64,000 nt of DNA from Candidatus Adlerbacteria bacterium (GTDB lineage: Bacteria > Patescibacteriota > Minisyncoccia > Phycocordibacterales > SBAW01). Made by a program: the position numbers and the translations under genes. The stretch spans positions 155,380 through 219,379 of the forward strand of contig CAVVLG010000003.1 in the NCBI GenBank assembly GCA_963749085.1, written 5' to 3'. The notes under the pieces are model-generated. The model did not search any database, was not told the origin of the DNA, and saw only the letters and a program-made list of their open reading frames with translations. Of the stretch, positions 30,188 to 38,723 are shown in pieces; positions within the stretch are counted from its first letter, which is position 1; each line of letters starts with the position of its first letter.

Positions 30188-31249
30188 ATGTGTGGCCGAA
30201 GCTTCGGATTTTTGAGCGCCCGGCGCAGCGTCATTGAATCTTTCGATCGAGAAGGCTATGTCCGCTTACGCGAAGTGGTTGCTCAGAACCCCGAAATTCG
30301 AGTTGCAGGCTTGGCGCAGGGCGGTGGGTGTCTGAAAAAAAGTGCGCTGATATCAACCGAGAAATGGGCGGGTGGGGAGATGGTCATCGAGCGGAAGGCC
30401 GAAAATTTCAGGTTTTTCCATCCGCGGGAGCCCTGGGGTAAAGGCGGGACTGATTATGTCCAGGTGCATTGTCGTCTGGACGATTTATACGGAATGACTG
30501 GACCGGACGCTGAAACAAATAAAGGGCTCTATAACGCGGCAAAGAGTGAAGGCAATTTTAGGGCCGCATACGAGATAATAGTTAGGCATCGCTCCGAGGA
30601 AAAGTTGAAGGCTCTGAAAGAGGTTATTGCCACGTTGAAGACGCCTGCGCTTTTCGTTTATCCACGGAAGCTGGATTTTGGTGACTCGGGCCGCACATTG
30701 GACCCGGAGAGGCCTACGAACGCCTTGCCGGTGACGCTTACCCGGTTCGTAAGCGCGCGAGTAGGCGGAGAGATATGCAAGGACATAATCCAGATGAGGA
30801 TAAGAAAGCGGACGACTCTCAATCGTCTAATACGCTTTCTTTATCAGCCGGCTTTTAAGGGCCGGGTCATTCCTGGCAGGCGATATGTTCTTGTGGACGA
30901 TGTCATTTCATCGGGGGCGCTATTCGCCTCTCTTCGAAGTCACATCGTGAAGGGCGGCGGCCTTGTCATCGGCATGACAGCGCTTGCGCATGTATCAGGT
31001 AGAGATCAGAAATTGGCGATTTCAAGGGATTCGCTGCAGGCAATGAGGATCGAATTTGGCGAAAAGATTGATGCTTTCTGGAACGGGAAGTTCGGGCACG
31101 GAATTGAGCACCTTACCGACCAAGAAGCAAAGTACCTCTTGGGTCGCTGGCGCTCGCAGCATCAGAGCATTCTGTCGGGTTCTCAGCTGCTTGAATGCCT
31201 TGCTGGCGAGATCGAGCATATTCAAATAGCACACTCCAAATATTCGTAG
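30188..31249 (+). CDS. Phosphoribosyltransferase-fold protein
   Basis: NALP motif and PRPP loop YVLVDDVISSGA. Confidence 0.75.
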   Translation: MCGRSFGFLSARRSVIESFDREGYVRLREVVAQNPEIRVAGLAQGGGCLKKSALISTEKWAGGEMVIERKAENFRFFHPREPWGKGGTDYVQVHCRLDDLYGMTGPDAETNKGLYNAAKSEGNFRAAYEIIVRHRSEEKLKALKEVIATLKTPALFVYPRKLDFGDSGRTLDPERPTNALPVTLTRFVSARVGGEICKDIIQMRIRKRTTLNRLIRFLYQPAFKGRVIPGRRYVLVDDVISSGALFASLRSHIVKGGGLVIGMTALAHVSGRDQKLAISRDSLQAMRIEFGEKIDAFWNGKFGHGIEHLTDQEAKYLLGRWRSQHQSILSGSQLLECLAGEIEHIQIAHSKYS

Positions 31250-31419
31250 ATCGCAGTATTTTGCCTTATAATTCATGCTTTTTCATGCTCCCTTGACAAT
31301 TGTACTGTATTTGATAGTATATCCAAAGTTGTACTTTACAGCAGTACTTCGTCAAATCTCCAGTCCGATCCTCGGTGCCTGACAAATCGGGCATCGACAA
31401 CTCGGAATGGAGGTTGCTA

Positions 31420-31671
31420 ATGGCACATTCACAATGTTGCAGCGCAAACTCGCCTGACGCGTCACGCGCTGATATCGAAGACGAAGCTTGTCGTCGGCTG
31501 ATGATTTCGCTCTACGGCAGTGAAGCCGAGGCGAGGCTTGTCGCTGAGGCCCTCTTACGGGACATAACGCCCGAAGAGGAGGAACTGATCGAGCGGCGGT
31601 ACAATGCCGGCGACCAAATCGCTGACCAAATTGTGCGCGAGCTTGGTTTCCCTCCCGAACCGGAAAGATAA
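31420..31671 (+). CDS. 83-aa acidic protein duplicating the N-terminal domain of 32704-33570
   Basis: TTGACA promoter at 31293, GGAGG SD, terminator 31715-31741. Confidence 0.65.
   Translation: MAHSQCCSANSPDASRADIEDEACRRLMISLYGSEAEARLVAEALLRDITPEEEELIERRYNAGDQIADQIVRELGFPPEPER
31476..31640 (+). repeat. 165-bp direct repeat (second copy 32742-32906)
   Basis: Two mismatches seen, both synonymous. Confidence 0.9.
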
Positions 31672-31855
31672 GGTGAGGGTGGCCGAGCGAGCAATTGGTA
31701 AGCGACTTCGACTTAAGACCCCGTAAATGCGGGGTCTTTTTGTATGCGCTTTATTTTTGGGTATTCTTCAAAAAACGGTGCTGGTTTGGACACTCTGGGT
31801 ACATAGGGTCGCTTAGCCTATCATAGTGGAGTAGAACTCTAGCACGAGAACGGCA

Positions 31856-32707
31856 ATGATACGACTGCAGCAAGCTAGAGTCTCGAAACGCGGTCCAATT
31901 CCGATGGAACGTCGGCGACCATGCGACTATTTAAAAGCACTGACCCCGGCGCATATGAGGGACGTTCGTGAGCATTTAAAAGCAATATACGCGGTGTATT
32001 CAGGGCGTCAGTTGGCGGACGATTGTGCCCAAGTAGCAATACTGTTCCTGTGGAAATACCCCTATGACTTAGAAATCGGTCCGTCCATGGGGGATGAACG
32101 CGATGCCGCTTGGTACGTAGCTGTACATAATTCGCTTCTGCGCTTCGCCAAGTCTCGCGAATTTAGAGGGTCGGTATTGCGGACCGTTTATAAGGGCAAC
32201 TTTAGCAAAGTGTCCCAAACAGAATCCGAAGGCGAACAAGACCCAGATCCAAATTGGGATACGAGCATTCGATGGTTTGAGGGTAATCTCCATTGGGAAA
32301 AGGTTTTCAAAAGTTTCCGAGCATTTTTGGCGGAGCAACCGGATATCGATCCCCTAGAGATTCAGTTGATCGACCAGCTCCACAAAAACGCCGTGCGTGA
32401 GACGATAGATGAAGGAATGGAAGATGTTTTTCGAGGCGAGAGCTTTCAAGTCGTTCACCAGCCGCTGCTAGAAGCATTGCAAGAGCATTTTCGAGCAACA
32501 GGCTGGAATATTGAAATGGTGCGAGTAACGCTCGCGAAAATTCGCCGTCATGCGATCCAATATCGGGAATCTCTAACCACTGGTGACCTTTTAGAATTTC
32601 ATGGACCCCTTCGAACTCAAGCAGATAGCCAATCGTCTATCGAGAAGAAGAAATCCAATGCCGAGCTTTGTCAGCAGACAACATCGACCAAAAGGCCAGT
32701 ATCATGA
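31856..32707 (+). CDS. Divergent ECF sigma factor-like protein
   Basis: Region 2-like LADDCAQVAILFLW..WYVAVHNSLL; region 4-like TGWNIEMVRVTLAKIRR. Confidence 0.5.
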   Translation: MIRLQQARVSKRGPIPMERRRPCDYLKALTPAHMRDVREHLKAIYAVYSGRQLADDCAQVAILFLWKYPYDLEIGPSMGDERDAAWYVAVHNSLLRFAKSREFRGSVLRTVYKGNFSKVSQTESEGEQDPDPNWDTSIRWFEGNLHWEKVFKSFRAFLAEQPDIDPLEIQLIDQLHKNAVRETIDEGMEDVFRGESFQVVHQPLLEALQEHFRATGWNIEMVRVTLAKIRRHAIQYRESLTTGDLLEFHGPLRTQADSQSSIEKKKSNAELCQQTTSTKRPVS

Positions 32708-33570
32708 CCAAAAAACCCACCCCTGTGAGCGGAACGACAAACGAAGACGAAGCTTGTCGTCGGCTGATGATTTCGCTCTACGGCAGTGAAGCCGAGGCGA
32801 GGCTTGTCGCTGAAGCCCTCTTACGGGACATAACGCCAGAAGAGGAGGAACTGATCGAGCGGCGGTACAATGCCGGCGACCAAATCGCTGACCAAATTGT
32901 GCGCGAAGCTGGATTAGAGTCAAAAGTGCCGGCCGCGATGGGTTATGACGTTGATATCCCGTTCACCGAAGAACAGGAAAAGGAATTTGTCTCATTCGTG
33001 GAAGCAGTTTATCGCCGAGCAGAAGATCAACAAGATCGCACTGCACCTTTAGAGCGAGTTCCAGCTGGCGTCCTGGGCGCTCTGGCAGAACTCGGGCATG
33101 TTGCAGCGGCTAAAGTGGTGTCCGTAGCCGATGTAGTTGGGGAATGGCTATCTTTGCCTTTGCAGGCCTTTAATACGATCGACCTCGCGTACGGGAAGCC
33201 TGCTTTAGCGACTGCCGAGGTCGCTAGCGAACAGGTGCTGCATAAAGTCGGCAAGCGTGTTTTTCTGGCTGACCTAGGCGCAGAAAGCTCGCAGCTAGCG
33301 GAGAGCAAATGGCGATCTGCTGAGATAAGATTGATATTGTCAATTAATTCGCGTCGCGAAATTGATGACGTGAGCATCACGGCTCGTGGAAGTGAACTCG
33401 ATAAATTGACGAATGAAATTCTTGATGTGCGCCTGAGGGATCGAGCGGGTAACAAGCGGACCATTGCTCTTTCTCGGGAACGGCTGCAAGGCTACATGCG
33501 AGGTAAATCACTTTCCGGCGATCTCGCAGAATTAGAGCTACTGGTTCATGTCGACCATCGACCAACGTAA
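32704..33570 (+). CDS. Hypothetical protein translationally coupled to the sigma-like gene (possible anti-sigma)
   Basis: ATGA overlap at 32704-32707. Confidence 0.55.
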   Translation: MTKKPTPVSGTTNEDEACRRLMISLYGSEAEARLVAEALLRDITPEEEELIERRYNAGDQIADQIVREAGLESKVPAAMGYDVDIPFTEEQEKEFVSFVEAVYRRAEDQQDRTAPLERVPAGVLGALAELGHVAAAKVVSVADVVGEWLSLPLQAFNTIDLAYGKPALATAEVASEQVLHKVGKRVFLADLGAESSQLAESKWRSAEIRLILSINSRREIDDVSITARGSELDKLTNEILDVRLRDRAGNKRTIALSRERLQGYMRGKSLSGDLAELELLVHVDHRPT

Positions 33571-33733
33571 GCTACCGGGGTGCACAATAGAACCTCCGAC
33601 GCTGATCGGCGCTATCGCTCGCGAACTCGAACGTGAGTTGAATGAAGCGATTCCCGCGGAGCTGAAAAGTTGTCGGCTTGGTGCACAATATCCTTTTTCC
33701 GACGTATCCATGCAGGAGCCAGTAAATTAAGGC

Positions 33734-34045
33734 TTATTTGACTATCCGCACAATCTCATACGCGGGCTTGCCCGTGATGGCCTGTAGCGTCTCATGCCCT
33801 ATGCTAGCATCCTTTGTGCACGACGCACACATAGCGAACGAATAATGCGAATCAGTCTTTCCGCAGAACAGAGTCTTCAGTTTGCTGTCGAGCGACACAC
33901 GTTCCTCCCGATATAAGGTCCCAATATACAGCTTTTTATGTAGCGGCCTGAGCCCAAAATCCTTGCACCAATTCTCAGCCTGTCGCGTCCTGCGCCAGTT
34001 ACGCGTTTGCCAGGATACGACTACCGTAAATAGCAGATTGTTCAT
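33734..34045 (-). CDS. cas2: Divergent Cas2
   Basis: 103 aa, directly after cas1; VVVSW, CKDFGL..LYIGTL, C-terminal CxxC; no catalytic Asp. Confidence 0.75.
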   Translation of the reverse strand: MNNLLFTVVVSWQTRNWRRTRQAENWCKDFGLRPLHKKLYIGTLYREERVSLDSKLKTLFCGKTDSHYSFAMCASCTKDASIGHETLQAITGKPAYEIVRIVK

Positions 34046-34051
34046 AGTGTG

Positions 34052-35062
34052 TTAGAGCAGCAAGGAGAAATCAAATGCTGCATATGTGTCCTGCTTTTCC
34101 AAGAAATAGCGGGCAAGCGCCCTGCTTTGCTCCTCGATAATTACTTGGAGGGTGCGTTGCTTGCCTTTCCATTTTACCGTTTTATTAAGCTGTTTGAATA
34201 CTGCCTCAACTACCTTGGCCTTCCCCTCGGGAGAGAGCCGGTACTCCGTGTTGTTTACTTTCTCAAAATCGCCCCGCCTGCCCAGCTTTTTTTCGAGAAA
34301 GAGCGGAAAGATTGCCGAATCCACCACTGGCACGCGGAATTCTTCGACCATGTCCAAAACTAGGGCCGGTTTGCCATAACGCTCGGAGTGATACAAGCCA
34401 AGGTACGGGTCAAGGCCGATATAGAGGCAGGCACGTTCTACTTCGTTGTAGAGAATGCCGTAGCCGTAGTTGATAGCACTGTTGAATTTGTCGCGGCCTT
34501 GCGGGATGCGACCCGGAAACTTATGTAATTGCCTAAGCGATTGCCAATACTTTTCTGCAATGAATCCTTCGATGCCGAACAACTGCTCGCGAGCCTTGTC
34601 GCTCGGAGGAATGGTATTGATGGTCTTGGAGAGCGTCTCGGCCTGAACGATTCCCTTTTCAAAGTCAGCTCCGCACTTGGCCATCAAGAATTTCAAATAG
34701 GTGATTTGGTTTTTGCATTTTCCCGCGATGAAGCTTTTGGCGAGCGAGAGCGCCTGCGGAAGGTCAGTCGCGACCTCGAGCTGGGCGCGTCGAGTCGTAG
34801 CTAACCCTCGCGCATCACTGCCAAAAATCCTGCCGACAGGTTTGCCGAAGGATCCGAGATACACGATGTCAACTTCGTGCTCAAGGGCAAGCTTTACGGC
34901 GTGGGTCGAAATGGAAGAGGGCCGAAGAATGACGATTTTGCTGAGCCTGCGTATCGGATATTCTTTGGTAATCCGCTTCTTGGTCTTCGAGGGCAGGCGC
35001 AAGACAAGGCGCTCACCTGTCGAACCTATATACGTGCCGTAGGTGTCGATGAGGAGGTCCAT
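34052..35062 (-). CDS. cas1: CRISPR-associated integrase Cas1
   Basis: SISTHAV, LFGIEG, NSAINYGYGIL, LDPYLGLYH, LDMVEEFR (E/H/E triad intact). Confidence 0.96.
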   Translation of the reverse strand: MDLLIDTYGTYIGSTGERLVLRLPSKTKKRITKEYPIRRLSKIVILRPSSISTHAVKLALEHEVDIVYLGSFGKPVGRIFGSDARGLATTRRAQLEVATDLPQALSLAKSFIAGKCKNQITYLKFLMAKCGADFEKGIVQAETLSKTINTIPPSDKAREQLFGIEGFIAEKYWQSLRQLHKFPGRIPQGRDKFNSAINYGYGILYNEVERACLYIGLDPYLGLYHSERYGKPALVLDMVEEFRVPVVDSAIFPLFLEKKLGRRGDFEKVNNTEYRLSPEGKAKVVEAVFKQLNKTVKWKGKQRTLQVIIEEQSRALARYFLEKQDTYAAFDFSLLL

Positions 35063-35087
35063 GGGGAATATATAACAGGCGGGTAAT

Positions 35088-35110
35088 AAAAAAGGATACC
35101 AGAAGTATCC
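35088..35110 (-). terminator. Intrinsic terminator after rplE
   Basis: GGATAC-TTCTG-GTATCC-TTTTTT. Confidence 0.55.
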
Positions 35111-35153
35111 GAGCAGAGACGATACCAACCTTGGAGAGAGAAGTAAAGAGTTT

Positions 35154-35690
35154 CTACTTTTTGAACGGGAACCCGAGGTGTGCGAGATACTCCTCGGCTT
35201 CTTTTTTATTTTTCGCAGTGGTGACGATAGTCGTCGCCATACCGAACACGTCCTTAAGTTCTTCATCGGTGGTCTCTGGAAAAACAATATGTTCTTTGAT
35301 GCCAAGTGTATAGTTGCCCATTTCATCAATGGCACCTTTTGAGATTCCTTTGAAGTCTTTAGTGCGCGGGAGCGCCACATGGATGAGACGGTTCAAAAAA
35401 TCTTCGGCACGCTTGCCGCGCAGTGTTACTTGGTATCCTACTTTGTCGCCAATGCGCGTTTTGTACGTCGCAATGGACTTTTTGGCTCCTCGCGTGGCTG
35501 GTTTTTGTCCTGTTATCTTTGCCAAGCGGTCGGCAACCAATTCAACCTTCGGTTTATCCTTGGCCATCTTGCCCACACCAACTGAAATAACCACTTTTTC
35601 TATACGCGGTACTTGCATGGCGTTTTTCCATTTGAATTCGGTTTTCAAAGCGCTGAAAGCCTTTTTCTGTTTGACTTGAATAAGTTCCAT
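35154..35690 (-). CDS. rplE: 50S protein L5
   Basis: ITGQKP, VTLRG, ALPRTKDFKG. Confidence 0.97.
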   Translation of the reverse strand: MELIQVKQKKAFSALKTEFKWKNAMQVPRIEKVVISVGVGKMAKDKPKVELVADRLAKITGQKPATRGAKKSIATYKTRIGDKVGYQVTLRGKRAEDFLNRLIHVALPRTKDFKGISKGAIDEMGNYTLGIKEHIVFPETTDEELKDVFGMATTIVTTAKNKKEAEEYLAHLGFPFKK

Positions 35691-35693
35691 AGG

Positions 35694-35921
35694 TTATTTC
35701 TTCCGAGCAACTTTGCTCACGTGGATGGGAAATTGCTTGTCTATAATCTGACCTTTCTGCCCTTCTTTTCGCGGCTTCTGGTGCTTTTTGCGCAGCCCCA
35801 CGCCTTCAATAACCACGAGTTGTAATTTCGGGAACGTTTCGATCACCTTCCCTGATTTGCCTTTTTCATTACCGGAGATGACCATCACGGTGTCGCCTTT
35901 TTTTACATGCAACGTATTCAT
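35694..35921 (-). CDS. rplX: 50S protein L24 (short)
   Basis: KOW motif KKGDTVMVISG. Confidence 0.95.
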   Translation of the reverse strand: MNTLHVKKGDTVMVISGNEKGKSGKVIETFPKLQLVVIEGVGLRKKHQKPRKEGQKGQIIDKQFPIHVSKVARKK

Positions 35922-35924
35922 ACC

Positions 35925-36305
35925 TTATACGACTTCGGGAGCGCGAGAAATAATGGTCTGATAACCCAATTCCTGAAGCTCGCGTGGAATAGGTCCGAAG
36001 ATGCGTCCGGCCTTTGGCTCTTTCTTATCCTTGCCGGAAGTCTCCAGTATTACTACCGCGTTCTCATCAAATCGAAGGTAGGAGCCGTCTTTACGACGAA
36101 ACGGCTGGCGCTGGCGAACGACTACGGCCGTGAGCACATCCTTCTTTTTGACCGCTTTGCGAGGTTCGGCACTTTGCACCGAGAGAATAACTAGCTCGCC
36201 GATTTGCGCGTAGCGTTTCTTGGAGGAGCCCGGTATTTTGAAAATGCGGCCGATTTTGGCGCCGGTATTGTCTGCTATGACGACTAAAGAGCGGTCTTGA
36301 ATCAT
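35925..36305 (-). CDS. rplN: 50S protein L14
   Basis: ADNTGAK, FDENA, RIFGP. Confidence 0.97.
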   Translation of the reverse strand: MIQDRSLVVIADNTGAKIGRIFKIPGSSKKRYAQIGELVILSVQSAEPRKAVKKKDVLTAVVVRQRQPFRRKDGSYLRFDENAVVILETSGKDKKEPKAGRIFGPIPRELQELGYQTIISRAPEVV

Positions 36306-36313
36306 AAAAAAAT

Positions 36314-36559
36314 TTACTTAAATACGATCTCGAAGGATTTGGTCTTGGACAGCGGGCGGCACGAGCGGATAGTGACCGTCTCGCCCTCCTTGGCACGATT
36401 TCCCTCGTTGTGCGCGTGGAACTTCTTCGTTATCTTCATGTACTTCTTGTACTTCGGATGCTTCACGTAGCGTGAAACCGCCACCACGGCGGTGTTTTGC
36501 ATTTTATTCGAGGTAACGATGCCCCGAAGCGTCTTTCTATGTGTAGTCTTTTGTTCCAT
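36314..36559 (-). CDS. rpsQ: 30S protein S17
   Basis: HPKYKK, RPLSKTK. Confidence 0.97.
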   Translation of the reverse strand: MEQKTTHRKTLRGIVTSNKMQNTAVVAVSRYVKHPKYKKYMKITKKFHAHNEGNRAKEGETVTIRSCRPLSKTKSFEIVFK

Positions 36560-36560
36560 G

Positions 36561-36749
36561 TTATTTTCTCGAATGCTGCTCGGTCAGTGCGCGGGCTATT
36601 TCCTTGCGCAAAGTGCTCGCGAGTTTTACGTTGCGATTTTTACTCCCTGCGACGCTAAAACGCAAGGCGCGCAGCTCTTCGCGCTTGTCGTGAACGAGCT
36701 GGTGCAAATCCTCGACCGAATGATTGATGAGAGTTTTTTTCTTTGCCAT
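36561..36749 (-). CDS. rpmC: 50S protein L29
   Basis: LRF, RKEIARALT. Confidence 0.93.
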   Translation of the reverse strand: MAKKKTLINHSVEDLHQLVHDKREELRALRFSVAGSKNRNVKLASTLRKEIARALTEQHSRK

Positions 36750-36757
36750 ACACTATC

Positions 36758-37177
36758 CTAGTGGCGCATAACCACTTTTGCTTTGAGCGGGAGCTTCTTC
36801 GCCGCTTTGGTGAGGGTCTCGACCGCCAATTGATCCTCGACCCCGTCCACTTCAAAGATGACTCGGCCCGGCCACACTTCGACTTCGTAACCCACCGGAT
36901 CGCCCTTGCCCTTGCCGAGCTTCACTTCGGGCGGCTTCTGCGTAAACGGCTTATCAGGGAATATGCGCAGCCACATTTTGCCGTTCTTCCCTAGACTGCG
37001 CACCACTACTTTGCGGGCGCTTTCTATCTGGTTGGAGCGCACGCGCCCATGGGAGGTGGCCTTAAGCCCGTGGGAGCCGAATGCGACCGTGACGCCGCGC
37101 GTCGCGACCTTGTTAACTTTCGCGTTGCGACGCATGGTGTGCCATTTTCTATATTTTACTTTTTTGGGAAATAACAT
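36758..37177 (-). CDS. rplP: 50S protein L16
   Basis: QIESAR, GKGKG, KLP. Confidence 0.97.
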   Translation of the reverse strand: MLFPKKVKYRKWHTMRRNAKVNKVATRGVTVAFGSHGLKATSHGRVRSNQIESARKVVVRSLGKNGKMWLRIFPDKPFTQKPPEVKLGKGKGDPVGYEVEVWPGRVIFEVDGVEDQLAVETLTKAAKKLPLKAKVVMRH

Positions 37178-37179
37178 AC

Positions 37180-37845
37180 TTATTTTTTAGCTGCCTCCGC
37201 AAATACTTCGCCCTTGTATATCCATACTTTGACCCCGATAACGCCGAGCGGCAGATTGGCACGCTCCCGTGCAAAGTCGATGTCGGAGCGGAAGGTCTGA
37301 AGCGGAATGCGGCCTTTCTTGAGCTGCTCATTGCGCGACATAGAACCGCCGCCGAGCATGCCGCCTAATGCAATGCGTACGCCTTTGACGTCTCTATTCG
37401 CCATTACTTTTTCAACCGTCTGCTTCAGCACCCGGCGAAACGGGAGGCGCTTCTCAAGTCCTTCGGCAACCATAAAGGCGACTATAGCTGCATTGCTCTC
37501 CGGCGAGCGGATTTCCTCAATATCGAGTTTCAAAGAAGGAACGGTAAGTTTCTTCTTTTGCAAAAAAGATATGATCTTATTTTTCAGCTTGGTAGAACCT
37601 TCGCCGGAGCGGCCGATGATAAGGCCAGGGCGCGACGTTTTGATGATGACGCGCAAGGTGCCCCCGCCGCGCTCTATCTCAATGCCCCCGACGTACATAC
37701 CTCGCAGCTCTTTAATCAAAAATTCGCGCAAGAGAATATCTGCCTTAAGATTTTTTTGGTAGAGCTCCCCGGTCGCGAACCAGCGATGACGCCAATCGCG
37801 TAAGATGCCGAGCCGATGTGAATATGGATGGACGACTTTAGACAT
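37180..37845 (-). CDS. rpsC: 30S protein S3
   Basis: RPGLIIGR, PLQTFR, GVKVW. Confidence 0.97.
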   Translation of the reverse strand: MSKVVHPYSHRLGILRDWRHRWFATGELYQKNLKADILLREFLIKELRGMYVGGIEIERGGGTLRVIIKTSRPGLIIGRSGEGSTKLKNKIISFLQKKKLTVPSLKLDIEEIRSPESNAAIVAFMVAEGLEKRLPFRRVLKQTVEKVMANRDVKGVRIALGGMLGGGSMSRNEQLKKGRIPLQTFRSDIDFARERANLPLGVIGVKVWIYKGEVFAEAAKK

Positions 37846-37846
37846 A

Positions 37847-38197
37847 TTATTTTTTTGACTCCGCCCGGCGTGAAAGCCCCAAGGTAATGTGGCTGGTGCG
37901 CTTCAGAATCTGCGACGCGCGACCGCGCGCGCGAGGCATTGAGCGCTTGAACACCATGCCGCCATTGACCTGTACGGTCGAAATCACTAAGTCGCCAGCC
38001 GCAAGACCTCCTTTTGTGCGAGCATTGGAGACTGCGGAGCGTATGAGTTTGGTGAGCGGCTCGCTTGCTTTCTTTGGCAAGGTCGCAAGGAGGGAGAGCG
38101 CCCGTTCGGCAGTTTTTCCCCGTATCAAATCAGCAACGAGGCGCACTTTGCGCGGCGCCTGGCGGTAATTTTTCAGTTGTGCGGTTGCGTCAGTCAT
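37847..38197 (-). CDS. rplV: 50S protein L22
   Basis: PRKVRLVADLIRG, PRARGRA. Confidence 0.97.
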   Translation of the reverse strand: MTDATAQLKNYRQAPRKVRLVADLIRGKTAERALSLLATLPKKASEPLTKLIRSAVSNARTKGGLAAGDLVISTVQVNGGMVFKRSMPRARGRASQILKRTSHITLGLSRRAESKK

Positions 38198-38200
38198 ACC

Positions 38201-38569
38201 TTATTTTGCGGGAGCGGCTGCGGCTTTTGCGCCGGCTACGTCGGCTGCAGCTTTGGCCGCTTGTGCCGCCGCAATCTCGGCCTCTTTGGCTTTTGCTTCC
38301 ATTTCCTTCTGCATCTTGCCGCCGTGGCGAGTGAACTTCTTGGTTGGCGAGAATTCCCCGAGCCGATGCCCCACCATGTCCTCACTCACCAAAACTTCAA
38401 TATGAGTCTTGCCGTTGTAGACGCCGAACTTGAATCCAACCATTTCCGGAGCGATTTGGCTGCGACGCGCCCATGTTTTAAAAAGCTCAGAGCCCTGAGC
38501 TTTTTTACCCTCAATTTTCTTGAGGAGTTTTTCATCCACATAGGGACCTTTTTTGAGCGATCGCGCCAT
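38201..38569 (-). CDS. rpsS: 30S protein S19
   Basis: RSLKKGP, GHRLGEF. Confidence 0.97.
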   Translation of the reverse strand: MARSLKKGPYVDEKLLKKIEGKKAQGSELFKTWARRSQIAPEMVGFKFGVYNGKTHIEVLVSEDMVGHRLGEFSPTKKFTRHGGKMQKEMEAKAKEAEIAAAQAAKAAADVAGAKAAAAPAK

Positions 38570-38586
38570 ACTGTTAAATAAAAACC

Positions 38587-38605
38587 CCTGCCTGCCGGCA
38601 GGCGG
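38587..38605. repeat. REP-like palindrome CC(T)GCCTGCCGGCAGGCGG
   Basis: Near-perfect palindrome in the rpsS leader; single copy in this window. Confidence 0.5.
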
Positions 38606-38723
38606 TGGCCTGGTCGGAAACAGCTAAGAGTTGCCGACACTATATAGGAAAGTTCCGACTTGCGCAAGGTTTATTTAAACGATAGAGTCTGAGCGGATGT
38701 TTTAACCTCAAGGAGAGCGTCCT

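Larger units (their letters stand above)
29400..33716 (-). CRISPR. Atypical CRISPR-like unit: two identical 38-bp repeats (29400-29437 and 33679-33716) around a 4241-bp insert
   Basis: TGGTGCACAATATCCTTTTTCCGACGTATCCATGCAGG is identical at both sites; the proximal copy is 17 bp from the cas2 stop. Confidence 0.65.

Noticed and set aside
29400-35062. Casposon
   Set aside because: No family B polymerase or terminal inverted repeats were seen, Cas2 is present, and cas1 lies outside the duplicated sequence.
29200-35150. Canonical CRISPR array or complete CRISPR-Cas system
   Set aside because: There are no regularly spaced repeats with short spacers and no effector or processing genes in the window.
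35063-35380. 106-aa N-terminal extension of Cas1 in the ORF track
   Set aside because: It overlaps rplE in another frame and crosses a terminator; Cas1 similarity starts at MDLLIDT (35062).
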